A DNA stretch of 64,000 nt from a bacterium. Its GTDB lineage: Bacteria; Patescibacteriota; Minisyncoccia; UBA6257; JAGOQP01. Numbering within the stretch: position 1 is the stretch's first letter; the number at the start of each line of letters is the position of its first letter. The notes under the pieces were generated by a model. The model was given only the letters and a program-made list of their open reading frames with translations, made no database searches and had not been told where the DNA came from. Where the stretch lies: assembly GCA_021812345.1 (NCBI GenBank), contig JAKANP010000003.1:82-64081 (forward strand), given 5' to 3'. A program made the position numbers and the translations under genes. Below, piece by piece: positions 10,359-20,974 of this stretch.

Positions 10359-12416
10359 ATGACTGAAGAACAGGCAAAAGAAAGAATTGCCAAATTAAGA
10401 AAATTTATAAATTATCACAGGACTTTATATCACACCTTTGATGAGCCTATTTTGTCGGATGAAGCATTCGATACTTTAAAAAATGAGCTGGAAGAACTGG
10501 AATATGAATATCCTCAATTTTTATCTTCCGCTTCTCCGACTCAAATTGTCGGCGGAAAACCGCTTGATAAATTTACAAAAGTGAGGCATGAGTTTCCGAT
10601 GCTTTCTTTTGATGATGCATTTTCCGATTTGGAAATGGAGGAATGGCTCGAAAGAATGAATAACTATCTTGGATACGATGCTCTTAAAAAAAATGAAAAT
10701 AAAAAAGAATCATTTTTTTATTGCGAATTGAAATTAGACGGACTTGCCATTGAGCTGATATATGAAAATGGAAATTTGGTCCTAGGAGCGACTCGAGGAG
10801 ATGGAGTTATCGGAGAAGACGTGACTCAAAACGTAAAAACAATATCGTCCATTCCGCAAAAACTTACTCAATTGGGTTTGTGGAAAATTCCAAAACATCT
10901 TATTGTAAGGGGAGAGATTTTAGTGTCCAAAAAAGAATTGGAAAGAATAAACAAAGAACAGGGAAAAAAAGGATTAAAAACATTTGCCAATGTCAGAAAT
11001 CTTGCCGCCGGATCTATCCGACAACTTGATCCGAAAATCGCCGCTTCAAGGAAGTTGGAATCTTTTCAATACGACATTGTTAATGATTGCGGGCAAAAAA
11101 ATCACGAAGAAGAACACAAAATGTTGGTTTCTTGGGGATTTAATATTAATCCATACAATCGTCCGGAAAAAAATTTAAAAGGCGTGATTGATTTTAGAAA
11201 TTATTGGGAAAAAAACAGGGAAACGTTGGATTACGACATAGATGGCATCGTTGCTATTGTTAATGACAATAAAATTTTTGATTCAGCCGGAGTTATCGGC
11301 AAAGCTCCCAGAGCGGCAATTGCTTACAAATTTTCTCCGCGTCAGGCGTCTACCGTTGTTGAAGATGTCGTTATCCAAGTGGGACGAACCGGGATCTTAA
11401 CCCCGGTAGCTGTTTTGCGTCCGACGGAAGTTGGAGGAATCACCATCACTCATGCAACTTTGCATAATTTTGATGAGATAAAACGACTTGGACTTAAAAT
11501 CGGCGATACGGCAATAGTCACTCGCGCCGGAGATGTTATTCCTAAAATCATCGGAGTTTATAAAGAATTAAGAACGGGAAAAGAAAAAGAAATAAAAATT
11601 CCGTCAAAATGTCCGATTGACGGCGCTCCGGTTAAAAAAGACGGAGTATTTTTAAAATGTTCCAATCCAAAATGCGGAGCGATAAACAGGAATTTAATCA
11701 TTCATTTTGCATCCAGAGACGCGTTTGATATCAGAGGACTTGGAGATAAAATCGTTGACAGATTTTTGGATGAAGGATTAATTTCGGGGCCAGCCGACAT
11801 CTTTCTTATAAAAGAAGGGGATATTTCTTCCTTAAAAAAATTCGGAGAAAAATCGGCTCAAAATATTATTGATCAAATAAAAAAATCAAAAAAAATTTTA
11901 TTGAATAAATTCATTTATGCCTTGGGAATTCTTCAAGTAGGTCAAGAAACGGCAAAAACTTTAGCAAAGAAATTTATGTCTTCAGGGGAAAAAATTTCAA
12001 TTTCAGAATTTCAAAAATATTTTAATAAATTATCTCTGGAAGAATTTGAAGAAATGTCCGATATCGGGCCAAAAGTGGCTTTAAGCATAAAAAATTGGTT
12101 TAAAGATTCTCACAATAAAAAACTTCTTGACGCGCTTGAAAAATCGGGAGTTGAAATATTAGGATATCATGAAAAAAACAAGGGCATATTTTCAGGGTTT
12201 AATATCTGTTTAACCGGAGGATTAAAATCGATGTCTCGGCCAAGAGCCAAAGAGATGATTGAGAATAATGGGGGACATTTTAATTCGGAAATTACGACCA
12301 AAACAAACATTGTAATTGCCGGCGACAATCCGGGATCAAAACTGAAAAAAGCCGAAAGCTTGAAAATAGAAATCTGGAATGAAAAAAAATTTTTAGACAA
12401 GTTGAGTAAGATATAG
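10359..12416 (+). CDS. ligA: NAD-dependent DNA ligase LigA
   Basis: Adenylation motif CELKLDG, OB fold, Zn finger CPIDGAPVKKDGVFLKCSNPKC, HhH and BRCT regions, 685 aa. Confidence 0.9.
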   Translation: MTEEQAKERIAKLRKFINYHRTLYHTFDEPILSDEAFDTLKNELEELEYEYPQFLSSASPTQIVGGKPLDKFTKVRHEFPMLSFDDAFSDLEMEEWLERMNNYLGYDALKKNENKKESFFYCELKLDGLAIELIYENGNLVLGATRGDGVIGEDVTQNVKTISSIPQKLTQLGLWKIPKHLIVRGEILVSKKELERINKEQGKKGLKTFANVRNLAAGSIRQLDPKIAASRKLESFQYDIVNDCGQKNHEEEHKMLVSWGFNINPYNRPEKNLKGVIDFRNYWEKNRETLDYDIDGIVAIVNDNKIFDSAGVIGKAPRAAIAYKFSPRQASTVVEDVVIQVGRTGILTPVAVLRPTEVGGITITHATLHNFDEIKRLGLKIGDTAIVTRAGDVIPKIIGVYKELRTGKEKEIKIPSKCPIDGAPVKKDGVFLKCSNPKCGAINRNLIIHFASRDAFDIRGLGDKIVDRFLDEGLISGPADIFLIKEGDISSLKKFGEKSAQNIIDQIKKSKKILLNKFIYALGILQVGQETAKTLAKKFMSSGEKISISEFQKYFNKLSLEEFEEMSDIGPKVALSIKNWFKDSHNKKLLDALEKSGVEILGYHEKNKGIFSGFNICLTGGLKSMSRPRAKEMIENNGGHFNSEITTKTNIVIAGDNPGSKLKKAESLKIEIWNEKKFLDKLSKI

Positions 12417-12478
12417 CGTTTATATTTGATTAACGATTCCCCCTGATAAATAATTAGCGGCTCGATTACAAAATTATT

Positions 12479-13984
12479 ATGGAAAATGACTCAAAAATAT
12501 TTTACAGATTAATGGAAGCTTTGCCGGCATTTTTAACGTGGCTGACTGTCTTGTTAATGTTTCTTTTGTCGTGGAAAATTCCAAGCGCAGTTGCCATTTT
12601 TATAATACTTTTTGATATCTATTGGTTGCTTAAAACTATTTATTTATCTTTTCATTTAAAAAGCAGTTTTAACAGGCTCAAAAAAAATTTAAAAATCGAT
12701 TGGTTGAAATCTTTGGAAAACAATCAAAAAACCAATTTAAAATGGAAAGAGATTTATCATTTGATTATTTTGCCGATGTATCAGGAACCGTATTCGGTTG
12801 TCAAAGAAACTTTTGAAAGATTAATCGAGTCAAATTATCCGCTTGATAAATTCATAGTTGTTTTAGCGATTGAGGAAAGGGCCGGCCAGCAGGCTCAGGA
12901 TGTCGCTTTAGATATCGAAAAAAATTACGGAAATAAGTTTTTTAAGTTTTTAATTTCGGTCCATCCTTATGGACTGGCTAAAGAAATTTCAGGCAAAGGA
13001 TCAAACGAATCGTGGGCCGCTAAAAAAGTTCAATCGGAGATTATCGATCCGGTCGTTATTCCATATGAAAATATTTTGGTTTCTGTTTTTGATGTTGATA
13101 CTCAAGTTTTTAAGGATTATTTCGGAATTTTGACCGAAACTTTTTTAATGGAAGGTGATGACGGACAGTTTTCAAGCTATCAGCCGGTGCCGCTATTTTT
13201 AAATAATATTTATCAAGCTCCGGCTCTGGCAAGAATTATAGGCTTTTCTTCAACTTTCTGGCATCTGATGCAACAATCGCGAGCGGAAAAATTGACAACT
13301 TTTTCTTCCCACTCGGTTCCGTTCAAAGCGCTTTGTGAAATCGGTTTTTGGCAAAAAGATATAGTTTCCGAAGATTCAAGAATTTTTTGGCAATTTTTTT
13401 TACATTTTAACGGCCATTGGAAAACCGTTCCGCTTTTTTATCCGGTTTCTATGGATGCCAACGCGGCTCCCACATTTTGGGGGACAATGATCAATCTTTA
13501 CAAGCAACAAAGACGATGGGCTTGGGGAAGTGAAAATGCCGCTTTTCTTTTTTCCGGATTTAAAAAAAATAAAAAAATATCCACCGGTAAAAAAATTTAT
13601 TGGACATTTCATTTGCTTGAAGGTTATCATTCGTGGGCTACCAGTTCTTTGATTATTTTTGCTTTAGGCTGGCTTCCAATTATGCTCGGAGGAGTCTCTT
13701 TTGGGGCAACTTTAATCGCTTATAATTTACCCAGTGTTACCAGATGGATTATGACTTTGGCTTCTTTGGGTATTATCAGCTCCGCTTTTTTGTCTATGGC
13801 TTTATTACCGCCAAAGCCGTTTGGGTTTAAAAAAATAAACAGTTTATGGTATTTTTTATCGTGGATTTTAATGCCGGCAACGCTCATATTTTTCGGGGCG
13901 CTTCCGGCTATTGAAGCTCAAACCAGGTTGGCTTTATCCGGAAAATTCAGGTTGGATTTTTGGGTAACGCCAAAGCACAGATAA
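12479..13984 (+). CDS. Polytopic membrane glycosyltransferase family 2-like protein
   Basis: N- and C-terminal TM helices, DxD-like acidic motifs, QQRRWAWG (QxxRW) motif typical of processive GT2 enzymes. Confidence 0.4.
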   Translation: MENDSKIFYRLMEALPAFLTWLTVLLMFLLSWKIPSAVAIFIILFDIYWLLKTIYLSFHLKSSFNRLKKNLKIDWLKSLENNQKTNLKWKEIYHLIILPMYQEPYSVVKETFERLIESNYPLDKFIVVLAIEERAGQQAQDVALDIEKNYGNKFFKFLISVHPYGLAKEISGKGSNESWAAKKVQSEIIDPVVIPYENILVSVFDVDTQVFKDYFGILTETFLMEGDDGQFSSYQPVPLFLNNIYQAPALARIIGFSSTFWHLMQQSRAEKLTTFSSHSVPFKALCEIGFWQKDIVSEDSRIFWQFFLHFNGHWKTVPLFYPVSMDANAAPTFWGTMINLYKQQRRWAWGSENAAFLFSGFKKNKKISTGKKIYWTFHLLEGYHSWATSSLIIFALGWLPIMLGGVSFGATLIAYNLPSVTRWIMTLASLGIISSAFLSMALLPPKPFGFKKINSLWYFLSWILMPATLIFFGALPAIEAQTRLALSGKFRLDFWVTPKHR

Positions 13985-14004
13985 TTTTTAAATCTATTTA
14001 AATT

Positions 14005-15159
14005 ATGAAAATTTTAGCCATAGAAACCAGTTGTGATGAAACCGCTATTGCTCTCGTGGAAGCAAAGGGCGGCATAAATAATTTTGAATTTGAGATTATA
14101 AAAAGTTCGGTTGCTTCGCAAATAAAACTTCATTCCAAATTTGGAGGCGTAGTTCCAAATTTGGCAAAACGCGAACATATTAAAAATTTGCCGATACTTC
14201 TAAACAAAACATTCCCCGAAATAAAAAAAAATAAACAAATACCGAAAATAGATTTAATTGCCGTTACCGTCGGTCCGGGACTGGAGCCGGCATTGTGGAC
14301 CGGAGTTCAGTTCGCCAAAGAACTTTCTGATAAATGGAGAAAACCGGTTGTCGGCGTTAATCATCTGGACGGTCATTTATACAGTTTTTTGTTGTCGGAA
14401 AAATTTGAAGATAAAAAATATTTGAATAAAAATTCCAAAAAAATAAAAAATAAAAAATACAAAATAAAGGATAAATCAAATCTGTTTCCGGCAATTTCTC
14501 TTATTGTGAGCGGAGGGCACACTATTTTAGCTGAATTAAAAAGTTTTAAGGAATACAAGAAACTTGGAGAAACCTTAGACGATGCAATTGGGGAATCTTT
14601 TGATAAAGTCGCCCGACTATTAAACCTCCCTTATCCCGGAGGTCCGGAGTTGGAAAGAATGGCAAAAAGAGGTGATAAAAAATCTATTCCTTTTCCTTCG
14701 CCCATGATAAATCAAAAAAATTACAATTTTAGTTATTCCGGACTTAAAACTTCCGTTTTGTATTATTTAAAAAATATCGGTTCGACAGTTAATGATTTTT
14801 CTCTTTCAAATAAGGAAAAAAATGATTTAAAGAAAATAGAATCAAAAGAAAATTTAAGAGCCAATATAGCGGCCTCGTTTCAATACTCCGCTTTTAATTC
14901 CGTTGTTAAGAAAACATTACGCGCCGTTCAAGAAAAAAAAGCCAAACTTATTGTTGTCGGCGGGGGAGTGGCGGCAAATAAAAATCTACACGATTTTTTT
15001 GTTTCCGAAATAGAAAAAAATAAATTGAAAACGGATTTAATTTTTCCTCCTTTGGAATATTGCATGGACAATGGAGTAATGATTGCTTTAGCGGCTTACA
15101 TTAATAAATTAAAAAACAAAGAATATCCGCTTGAAGCCAACGGGAATTTAAATATATGA
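14005..15159 (+). CDS. tsaD: tRNA N6-adenosine threonylcarbamoyltransferase TsaD with Lys-rich insertion
   Basis: MKILAIETSCDETAIALVE, VNHLDGHL, VSGGHT, VVGGGVAANKNL motifs; about 30-aa K-rich insertion between the His pair and SGGHT. Confidence 0.85.
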   Translation: MKILAIETSCDETAIALVEAKGGINNFEFEIIKSSVASQIKLHSKFGGVVPNLAKREHIKNLPILLNKTFPEIKKNKQIPKIDLIAVTVGPGLEPALWTGVQFAKELSDKWRKPVVGVNHLDGHLYSFLLSEKFEDKKYLNKNSKKIKNKKYKIKDKSNLFPAISLIVSGGHTILAELKSFKEYKKLGETLDDAIGESFDKVARLLNLPYPGGPELERMAKRGDKKSIPFPSPMINQKNYNFSYSGLKTSVLYYLKNIGSTVNDFSLSNKEKNDLKKIESKENLRANIAASFQYSAFNSVVKKTLRAVQEKKAKLIVVGGGVAANKNLHDFFVSEIEKNKLKTDLIFPPLEYCMDNGVMIALAAYINKLKNKEYPLEANGNLNI

Positions 15160-15179
15160 AAAAAGCGCTAAAAAGCGCT

Positions 15180-15425
15180 TTAAAATGTTGTGTTGTCTAC
15201 AAGAAGTTTGTCGGTGATTCTTTTGCGTTCGATTTCAATCAGCTTTTTTTCTCTCCAATTGGGACGCGTCATTAAAGCGGCCACAATCGGATTTTGAGAA
15301 GCGACTTCAATCGCTTCGGTAAGCCTAATCTTCGCAGTTTCGTCAATAAAGACCATCGCGATGATTGATTTTTGAGGACCTTTATACAAAAAATTTTGAC
15401 TGGCTCTGAAAATGTAAGCGGTCAT
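15180..15425 (-). CDS. Small conserved hypothetical protein (weak DUF370/RemA-like resemblance)
   Basis: 81 aa; MVFIDETAKIRL loosely resembles the RemA SPESAPIKR segment; 4-bp overlap with upstream ORF. Confidence 0.3.
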   Translation of the reverse strand: MTAYIFRASQNFLYKGPQKSIIAMVFIDETAKIRLTEAIEVASQNPIVAALMTRPNWREKKLIEIERKRITDKLLVDNTTF

Positions 15426-15763
15426 CTTTCTTCCTTGTCGTTGTCGTTCTTGTTCTTTGTGAGAATGATATTTTGACCGATGGCAAGTTGGGAAATGCCG
15501 AGCCGGTTTTCTCCCATTTTGTGGAAAATAAATGTTTCGGTATTGATGATGATGTTCTTGATTGATTCCCTTATCTGCTTTCCCTTGATAATTTTTTTGA
15601 AATTATCCAAATCGATCGTGATTTCTCCGGAAACGATTTTGATATCCTTAACAACTCCGTGATAAATCTGAAAATCAATAATTTCTATGGAGCCCCCCTT
15701 AAATTGCTTGAGCTGTGAGTCGGTTATGTTCACTCTCTTTCCTCCTCTTGTTTTTATTTCCAA
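15422..15763 (-). CDS. Hypothetical protein
   Basis: 113 aa ORF co-oriented and overlapping the 15180 ORF; shares a divergent intergenic region with ftsW. Confidence 0.35.
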   Translation of the reverse strand: MEIKTRGGKRVNITDSQLKQFKGGSIEIIDFQIYHGVVKDIKIVSGEITIDLDNFKKIIKGKQIRESIKNIIINTETFIFHKMGENRLGISQLAIGQNIILTKNKNDNDKEER

Positions 15764-15846
15764 AGGACTTTTTTTAATATACTGATTATGCGCTTTATGT
15801 CAAGTTTTGTTTTTTGTTTTTTTAGATGATAGAGTTAATTTAAACT

Positions 15847-16920
15847 ATGAATTCAATTCTTAAAAAAATAGATTGGCAAATGATAATCGCCATCTCCGTT
15901 CTAATTTTTGCCGGTTTATTGAGCCTGCTCAGTTCCAGTTCGGAATTTTTTCATAAACAAATTTATTGGATAATTTTAGCTTTAGCGCTGTTTGTTTTTC
16001 TTATTTTTGTAGATTTAAGATCTTTTTTCAGCCATCGCTCGGTAATCAGGGGTCTTTATATCTTAATGTTTTTTGTTTTACTTTTTGCATTTTTTTTCGC
16101 GCCAAGGATAAAAGGAAATCGCTCATGGATAGTTTTGGGGCCTTTTCAATTCCAACCATCCGAGTTTGCCAAAGTTGTTTTGATTATTTCATTGGCTTAT
16201 TTTTTCTCAAAAGCTCACATAGGGATTGGAAGGTGGAAAATAGTTTTAAATTCTTTTTTTTACTTTTTATTTCTAGGCGCAATGGTGGCGGCGCTTCCCG
16301 ATATGGGCTCGGCTTTTGTTTTGTTTGCTTTATGGTTCGGATTTGTTCTGGTATCGGGAATGCCGTTTAAAAAAATCATTATCTCTTCTTTAATTTTTGT
16401 TATTGCTTTTGCTTTAATGTGGGTTTTTATCTTTAAGCCATACCAGAAAGAAAGAATAATCGGCGTTCTTTTGCCTCAAAGCGATCCGTTGGGGGCAAAC
16501 TATCACGCTATTCAATCAAAAATAGCTATAGGTTCAGGGGGTTTATTTGGCCAAGGGTTCAGACAGGGGACTCAAGTCCAGCTTGGATTTTTACCCGAAG
16601 CTCAAACCGATTTTATATTTGCCGCTATTGCGGAAGAAGGGGGGCTATTGGCTATGCTGATATTACTTATCGCTTTCGGGTGGCTTATTTTAAGGATTGT
16701 AAAAATGGCCGGAATGATTGACGGCAATTTTAATAAGTTTTTGTGTTTGGGGACGGCTATTTTGTTTTTGTCGCAATTTATTTTGAATGTCGGATCCAAT
16801 TTGGGAGTTTTGCCGATTGTCGGAGTAACTTTTCCATTTGTTAGTTACGGAGGATCAAGCTTGCTTGCCAATACTATTTTAGTCGGAATGATACAATCCG
16901 CCTGGGTTAAAAGGGGATAG
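15847..16920 (+). CDS. ftsW: SEDS-family peptidoglycan glycosyltransferase FtsW/RodA
   Basis: 357 aa, about 10 TM helices, FtsW/RodA signature segments (PSEFAKV, DFIFAAIAEEGG). Confidence 0.8.
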   Translation: MNSILKKIDWQMIIAISVLIFAGLLSLLSSSSEFFHKQIYWIILALALFVFLIFVDLRSFFSHRSVIRGLYILMFFVLLFAFFFAPRIKGNRSWIVLGPFQFQPSEFAKVVLIISLAYFFSKAHIGIGRWKIVLNSFFYFLFLGAMVAALPDMGSAFVLFALWFGFVLVSGMPFKKIIISSLIFVIAFALMWVFIFKPYQKERIIGVLLPQSDPLGANYHAIQSKIAIGSGGLFGQGFRQGTQVQLGFLPEAQTDFIFAAIAEEGGLLAMLILLIAFGWLILRIVKMAGMIDGNFNKFLCLGTAILFLSQFILNVGSNLGVLPIVGVTFPFVSYGGSSLLANTILVGMIQSAWVKRG

Positions 16921-16923
16921 TTT

Positions 16924-17493
16924 ATGATTAAAAAGCGAAAAATATTAAAAAATATTTTTTTTGAAAACGATCCGAGGTTCGTGGCCCGGAATCTTTTGGG
17001 AAAAATTATCGTAAGAAAAATAGGAAATAAAGAAATAAAAGTGGTGATTTCGGAAACCGAAGCATATTTGGGAGAAAAAGATTTGGCATCCCACGCTCGT
17101 TTCGGAAAGACCGAAAGAAACAAAGCGATGTTTGAGGGCGGAGGTGTTTGGTATGTTTATTTTGTTTATGGGATTCATTGGCTTTTAAATATTGTTACCG
17201 AGACAAAAGAAAAGCCGTCGGCTGTGTTGATAAGAAGAGGAATTCTGTTGGATAAGAATAAAAAAATATTAAATGGTCCGGCAATTCTTTCCAAGGTTTT
17301 AGAAATTGACGGAGAATTTTCCGGTAAAATGAGTTCCAAAAAAACAAAATTATGGATTGAAGATTGGGGGCTTGATTTAAAAAAAAATAAGATCAGACAA
17401 TTTTCCAGAATCGGAATTGGTTATGCCGGAAAATGGGCTAACAAAAAATTAAGATTTGGATTGGATAAACCAGATAAATTGGGATTTTTTTAA
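16924..17493 (+). CDS. mpg: DNA-3-methyladenine glycosylase (Mpg/AAG family)
   Basis: ARNLLGKII..., ETEAYLGEKDLASHA, GGVWYVYFVYG motifs. Confidence 0.8.
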   Translation: MIKKRKILKNIFFENDPRFVARNLLGKIIVRKIGNKEIKVVISETEAYLGEKDLASHARFGKTERNKAMFEGGGVWYVYFVYGIHWLLNIVTETKEKPSAVLIRRGILLDKNKKILNGPAILSKVLEIDGEFSGKMSSKKTKLWIEDWGLDLKKNKIRQFSRIGIGYAGKWANKKLRFGLDKPDKLGFF

Positions 17494-17765
17494 TAAAACG
17501 GTCATCTTTTGCCTTAATATCCACGGGGACTTGATTTTTATTTTTTAATGTGGCAATATTATCTTAACTTCTGGATACCGATTTTTTAGAATAATTTTTA
17601 AATTAAGGCGACTTTTGTCAATTTCGAAAAATATGAATTTGACAAGTCCCAAATTTATAGTGTTTAATACCAATTAATTTTATAAAATTGACAAAAATAA
17701 TCCTCTTATAAACAAGGAAGGGAGGATTGATTTTTTTGCGTAAAGAAAATAATTAAAATTTTTTT

Positions 17766-20700
17766 ATGTCGACAAAAAATATTGAAGTCAAAAAATTTTC
17801 TACTCACCCAGGCGATTTTATAAGGATTCCTTTTATGGGTGAAATCCAATTCAATTCTTGGAATTGGTTTTTAAAAAAAGGAATTAAAGAACTTTTTAAG
17901 GAAATATCTCCGATCAGAGATTATACAACAAAAGAATACGAACTTTATTTTGAAGATTATTCGTTTGATGAACCGAAATTTTCGGAAGAAGAATCTTGGC
18001 AAAGAAGTTCAACTTTTGAAGCATCTTTGAGGGCCAAGGTGCGTTTGGTAAATTTAAATACAAAAAGAGAAGTTGTTCAGGAAGTTTATTTGGGCGATTA
18101 TCCGATGATGACTCAAAGAGGAACATTTATTATCAATGGCGTAGAAAGAGTGGTTGTTTCTCAGTTTATCAGGTCTTCCGGGGTATACTTTAATGCCAGA
18201 GCCATCAGAGGAAAAAAGTATTTCGGAGCAAAAATTATTCCAGATAGAGGAAGTTGGATGGAATTTGAAACAGAAGCCGATGGATTTATAGGAGTTAAAA
18301 TAGACAAACACAGAAAGGTGGCGATTACCGACCTCTTGAGGGTTTTTGGATTGGAAAATAACGAAGATATAATAAAAACATTTTCTGATATAGACAACGG
18401 ACCGGTTAAATATATTCAAGCTACCTTAAAAAAAGACGCCGCTTCCGACGTCTCAAACTCTTACATTGAAATTTATAAACGATTAAGACCGGGAGATTTG
18501 GCCAGCCCGGAAAATGCAAAAGGATTAATAGACGGAATGTTCAAGCGTTCGGACAGATTTTCTCTCTCGGAAGTCGGACGCTATAAAATGAATCAAAGAT
18601 TGGCCGTCTCGCCAAAAGAAAAAGTTGATACTCAATTAATTCGTCTTGATGATTTGATTTTAATTGTAAGGGAAATAATCAGATTAAATAATGATGATCA
18701 TGCCGAACCGGATGATATTGATTCTCTTTCCAATAGGCGCGTAAGGTCTGTCGGAGAATTGCTTCAATCGAGAATGAGAGTTGGGTTTGCCAGAATGAGG
18801 AGAATTATCCAAGACAGAATGTCTACTTTGGAAGTGGAACAAGTTACGCCGTTGCAATTGGTCAATCCCAAACCGCTTTCATCGGTTGCCAGAGAATTTT
18901 TAATTTCCTCTCAACTTTCTCAATTTATGGATCAAGTAAATCCATTGGCGGAACTTTCTCACAAAAGAAGATTATCGGCTTTAGGTCCCGGAGGATTAAC
19001 TCGTGAACGCGCCGGTTTTGAAGTGCGCGATGTTCACGAATCTCATTACGGAAGAATTTGTCCGGTGGAAACTCCGGAAGGACAGAATATCGGTCTTATA
19101 AATCACTTATCAAATTTTGCCAGAGTTAATGATTACGGTTTTTTGGAGACCCCTTATGCCAAAGTTAAAAATGGAAAAGTAACCGACGAAATAGTTTGGA
19201 TGACAGCTGCCGAAGAAAAAAAATATAAAATTGCCGAAGGAGGAGTGGCGCTTGATGATTCCAAAAAAATAGTCAATGAATCGGTTGAGGCCAGAATCAA
19301 CGGAGAACCGGAGGTTTGTTCAAAAGAAGATGTTGATTTTATAGATGTTTCGCCGACTCAAGTAATCAGCGGAGCAACTAATTTGATTCCATTTTTGGAA
19401 CATGATGATGGCAATAGAGCATTGATGGGAGCAAACATGCAAAGACAGGCTGTGCCGTCTATTAAAGCGGATGCTCCTTTGGTTGGAACCGGAATTGAAG
19501 AACAAATCGCCAAAGATTCGGGAAGAGTTATTATGGCAACAGAAGACGGCGAAGTGGTTGAATCGGATGCCCGTCATATTGTCGTTAAAAATAAAAAAGG
19601 TTCCAAAGATTTTTATGATGTTTTGAAATTCAGACGCTCCAATCAATACACTTCTATTAATAATAAAACTATTGCCAAAGTGGGGCAGAGGGTTAAAAAA
19701 GGAGATGTTTTAGCCGACGGTCCGGCAACGGAAAACGGCGTATTGGCTTTGGGACAGAATTTGCTGGTCGCTTTCATTCCTTATTTTGGAGGAAATTACG
19801 ACGATTCTATAGCTATTTCGGAAGCTGTTGCCAGACAAGACAGATTTACCTCTATTTATATAGAAGATTTTTCTTGCGATGTAAGAGACACAAAATTGGG
19901 ACCGGAAGTTACCACTTCCGACATTCCCAATGTTTCTGAAGATAAATTAAGAAATCTTGACGAAGAAGGAGTTATCAGAATTGGGGCGGAAATCAGAGCG
20001 GGAGATATCTTGGTTGGAAAAATATCGCCCAAAGGAGAAACGGAACTTACCGCCGAAGAAAAACTTTTACGTTCAATATTCGGAGAAAAAGCAAGAGATG
20101 TAAAAGATTCGTCATTGTATCTTCCACATGGAAAATCCGGAAGAGTTGTCGGTATTAAAGTTTTTTCAAGAGAAAGGGGCGACAAGCTTGAACCTGGAAT
20201 AATAAAAAGAATTCAAGTGGAAGTAGCTCAATTGAGAAAAATAAGAGCCGGGGACAAACTTGCCGGACGACACGGAAACAAAGGAGTTATTTCAAGAATT
20301 TTTCCGGTTGAAGATATGCCTTATTTGGCGGACGGCACTCCTGTTGATATCGTTTTAAATCCTTTAGGAGTTGCTTCCCGTATGAACTTGGGACAAATTT
20401 TGGAAACTCATTTGGGAATGGCCGCAAAAAAATTGGGTTATAGAGCGGTGAGTGAAGTTTTTGTCGGAGCCACCGAAGAAGAAATAAGCGCCGAACTCAA
20501 AAAAGCCGGTTATCCCGAAAATGGAAAATTTGTCATTTATGACGGAAAAACAGGAAAAAGATTCGATCAAGAAGCAACTGTCGGATATATTTATATGCTT
20601 AAACTCAACCATTTGGTTGAAGATAAAATTCACATGCGTTCAATCGGTCCGTATTCTTTAGTCACTCAACAGCCGCTTGGAGGAAAGGCTCAATTTGGAG

Positions 20701-20954
20701 GTCAGAGATTTGGAGAGATGGAGGTCTGGGCTCTTGAAGGTTACGGTTCCGCCTATACCTTGCAGGAAATGTTGACGATAAAATCAGACGATGTTTTGGG
20801 AAGAGCCGCCGCTTTTGAATCGATTGTTAAAGGAGAGGAATTAAAAATGTCCACAAGTCCCTCGGCGTTTAATGTTTTGACCAACGAAATAAACGCGCTT
20901 GGATTAAAGGTTGAGCCAATTAAGAAAGAAGATTTGCCTGACGAATCTTTATAA
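17766..20954 (+). CDS. rpoB: DNA-directed RNA polymerase subunit beta
   Basis: 1062 aa with canonical beta-subunit blocks (GPGGLTRERAGFEVRDVH, NMQRQAVP, GGQRFGEMEVWALE). Confidence 0.97.
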   Translation: MSTKNIEVKKFSTHPGDFIRIPFMGEIQFNSWNWFLKKGIKELFKEISPIRDYTTKEYELYFEDYSFDEPKFSEEESWQRSSTFEASLRAKVRLVNLNTKREVVQEVYLGDYPMMTQRGTFIINGVERVVVSQFIRSSGVYFNARAIRGKKYFGAKIIPDRGSWMEFETEADGFIGVKIDKHRKVAITDLLRVFGLENNEDIIKTFSDIDNGPVKYIQATLKKDAASDVSNSYIEIYKRLRPGDLASPENAKGLIDGMFKRSDRFSLSEVGRYKMNQRLAVSPKEKVDTQLIRLDDLILIVREIIRLNNDDHAEPDDIDSLSNRRVRSVGELLQSRMRVGFARMRRIIQDRMSTLEVEQVTPLQLVNPKPLSSVAREFLISSQLSQFMDQVNPLAELSHKRRLSALGPGGLTRERAGFEVRDVHESHYGRICPVETPEGQNIGLINHLSNFARVNDYGFLETPYAKVKNGKVTDEIVWMTAAEEKKYKIAEGGVALDDSKKIVNESVEARINGEPEVCSKEDVDFIDVSPTQVISGATNLIPFLEHDDGNRALMGANMQRQAVPSIKADAPLVGTGIEEQIAKDSGRVIMATEDGEVVESDARHIVVKNKKGSKDFYDVLKFRRSNQYTSINNKTIAKVGQRVKKGDVLADGPATENGVLALGQNLLVAFIPYFGGNYDDSIAISEAVARQDRFTSIYIEDFSCDVRDTKLGPEVTTSDIPNVSEDKLRNLDEEGVIRIGAEIRAGDILVGKISPKGETELTAEEKLLRSIFGEKARDVKDSSLYLPHGKSGRVVGIKVFSRERGDKLEPGIIKRIQVEVAQLRKIRAGDKLAGRHGNKGVISRIFPVEDMPYLADGTPVDIVLNPLGVASRMNLGQILETHLGMAAKKLGYRAVSEVFVGATEEEISAELKKAGYPENGKFVIYDGKTGKRFDQEATVGYIYMLKLNHLVEDKIHMRSIGPYSLVTQQPLGGKAQFGGQRFGEMEVWALEGYGSAYTLQEMLTIKSDDVLGRAAAFESIVKGEELKMSTSPSAFNVLTNEINALGLKVEPIKKEDLPDESL

Positions 20955-20974
20955 AATTAAATTAAAAAAATAAT

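Noticed and set aside
15966-16370. 134-aa plus-strand ORF inside ftsW, and similar short internal ORFs throughout
   Set aside because: Alternative-frame ORFs embedded in well-supported genes with no independent signals (e.g. 2257-2469, 3763-4095, 10984-11178, 18054-18419, 30083-30430).
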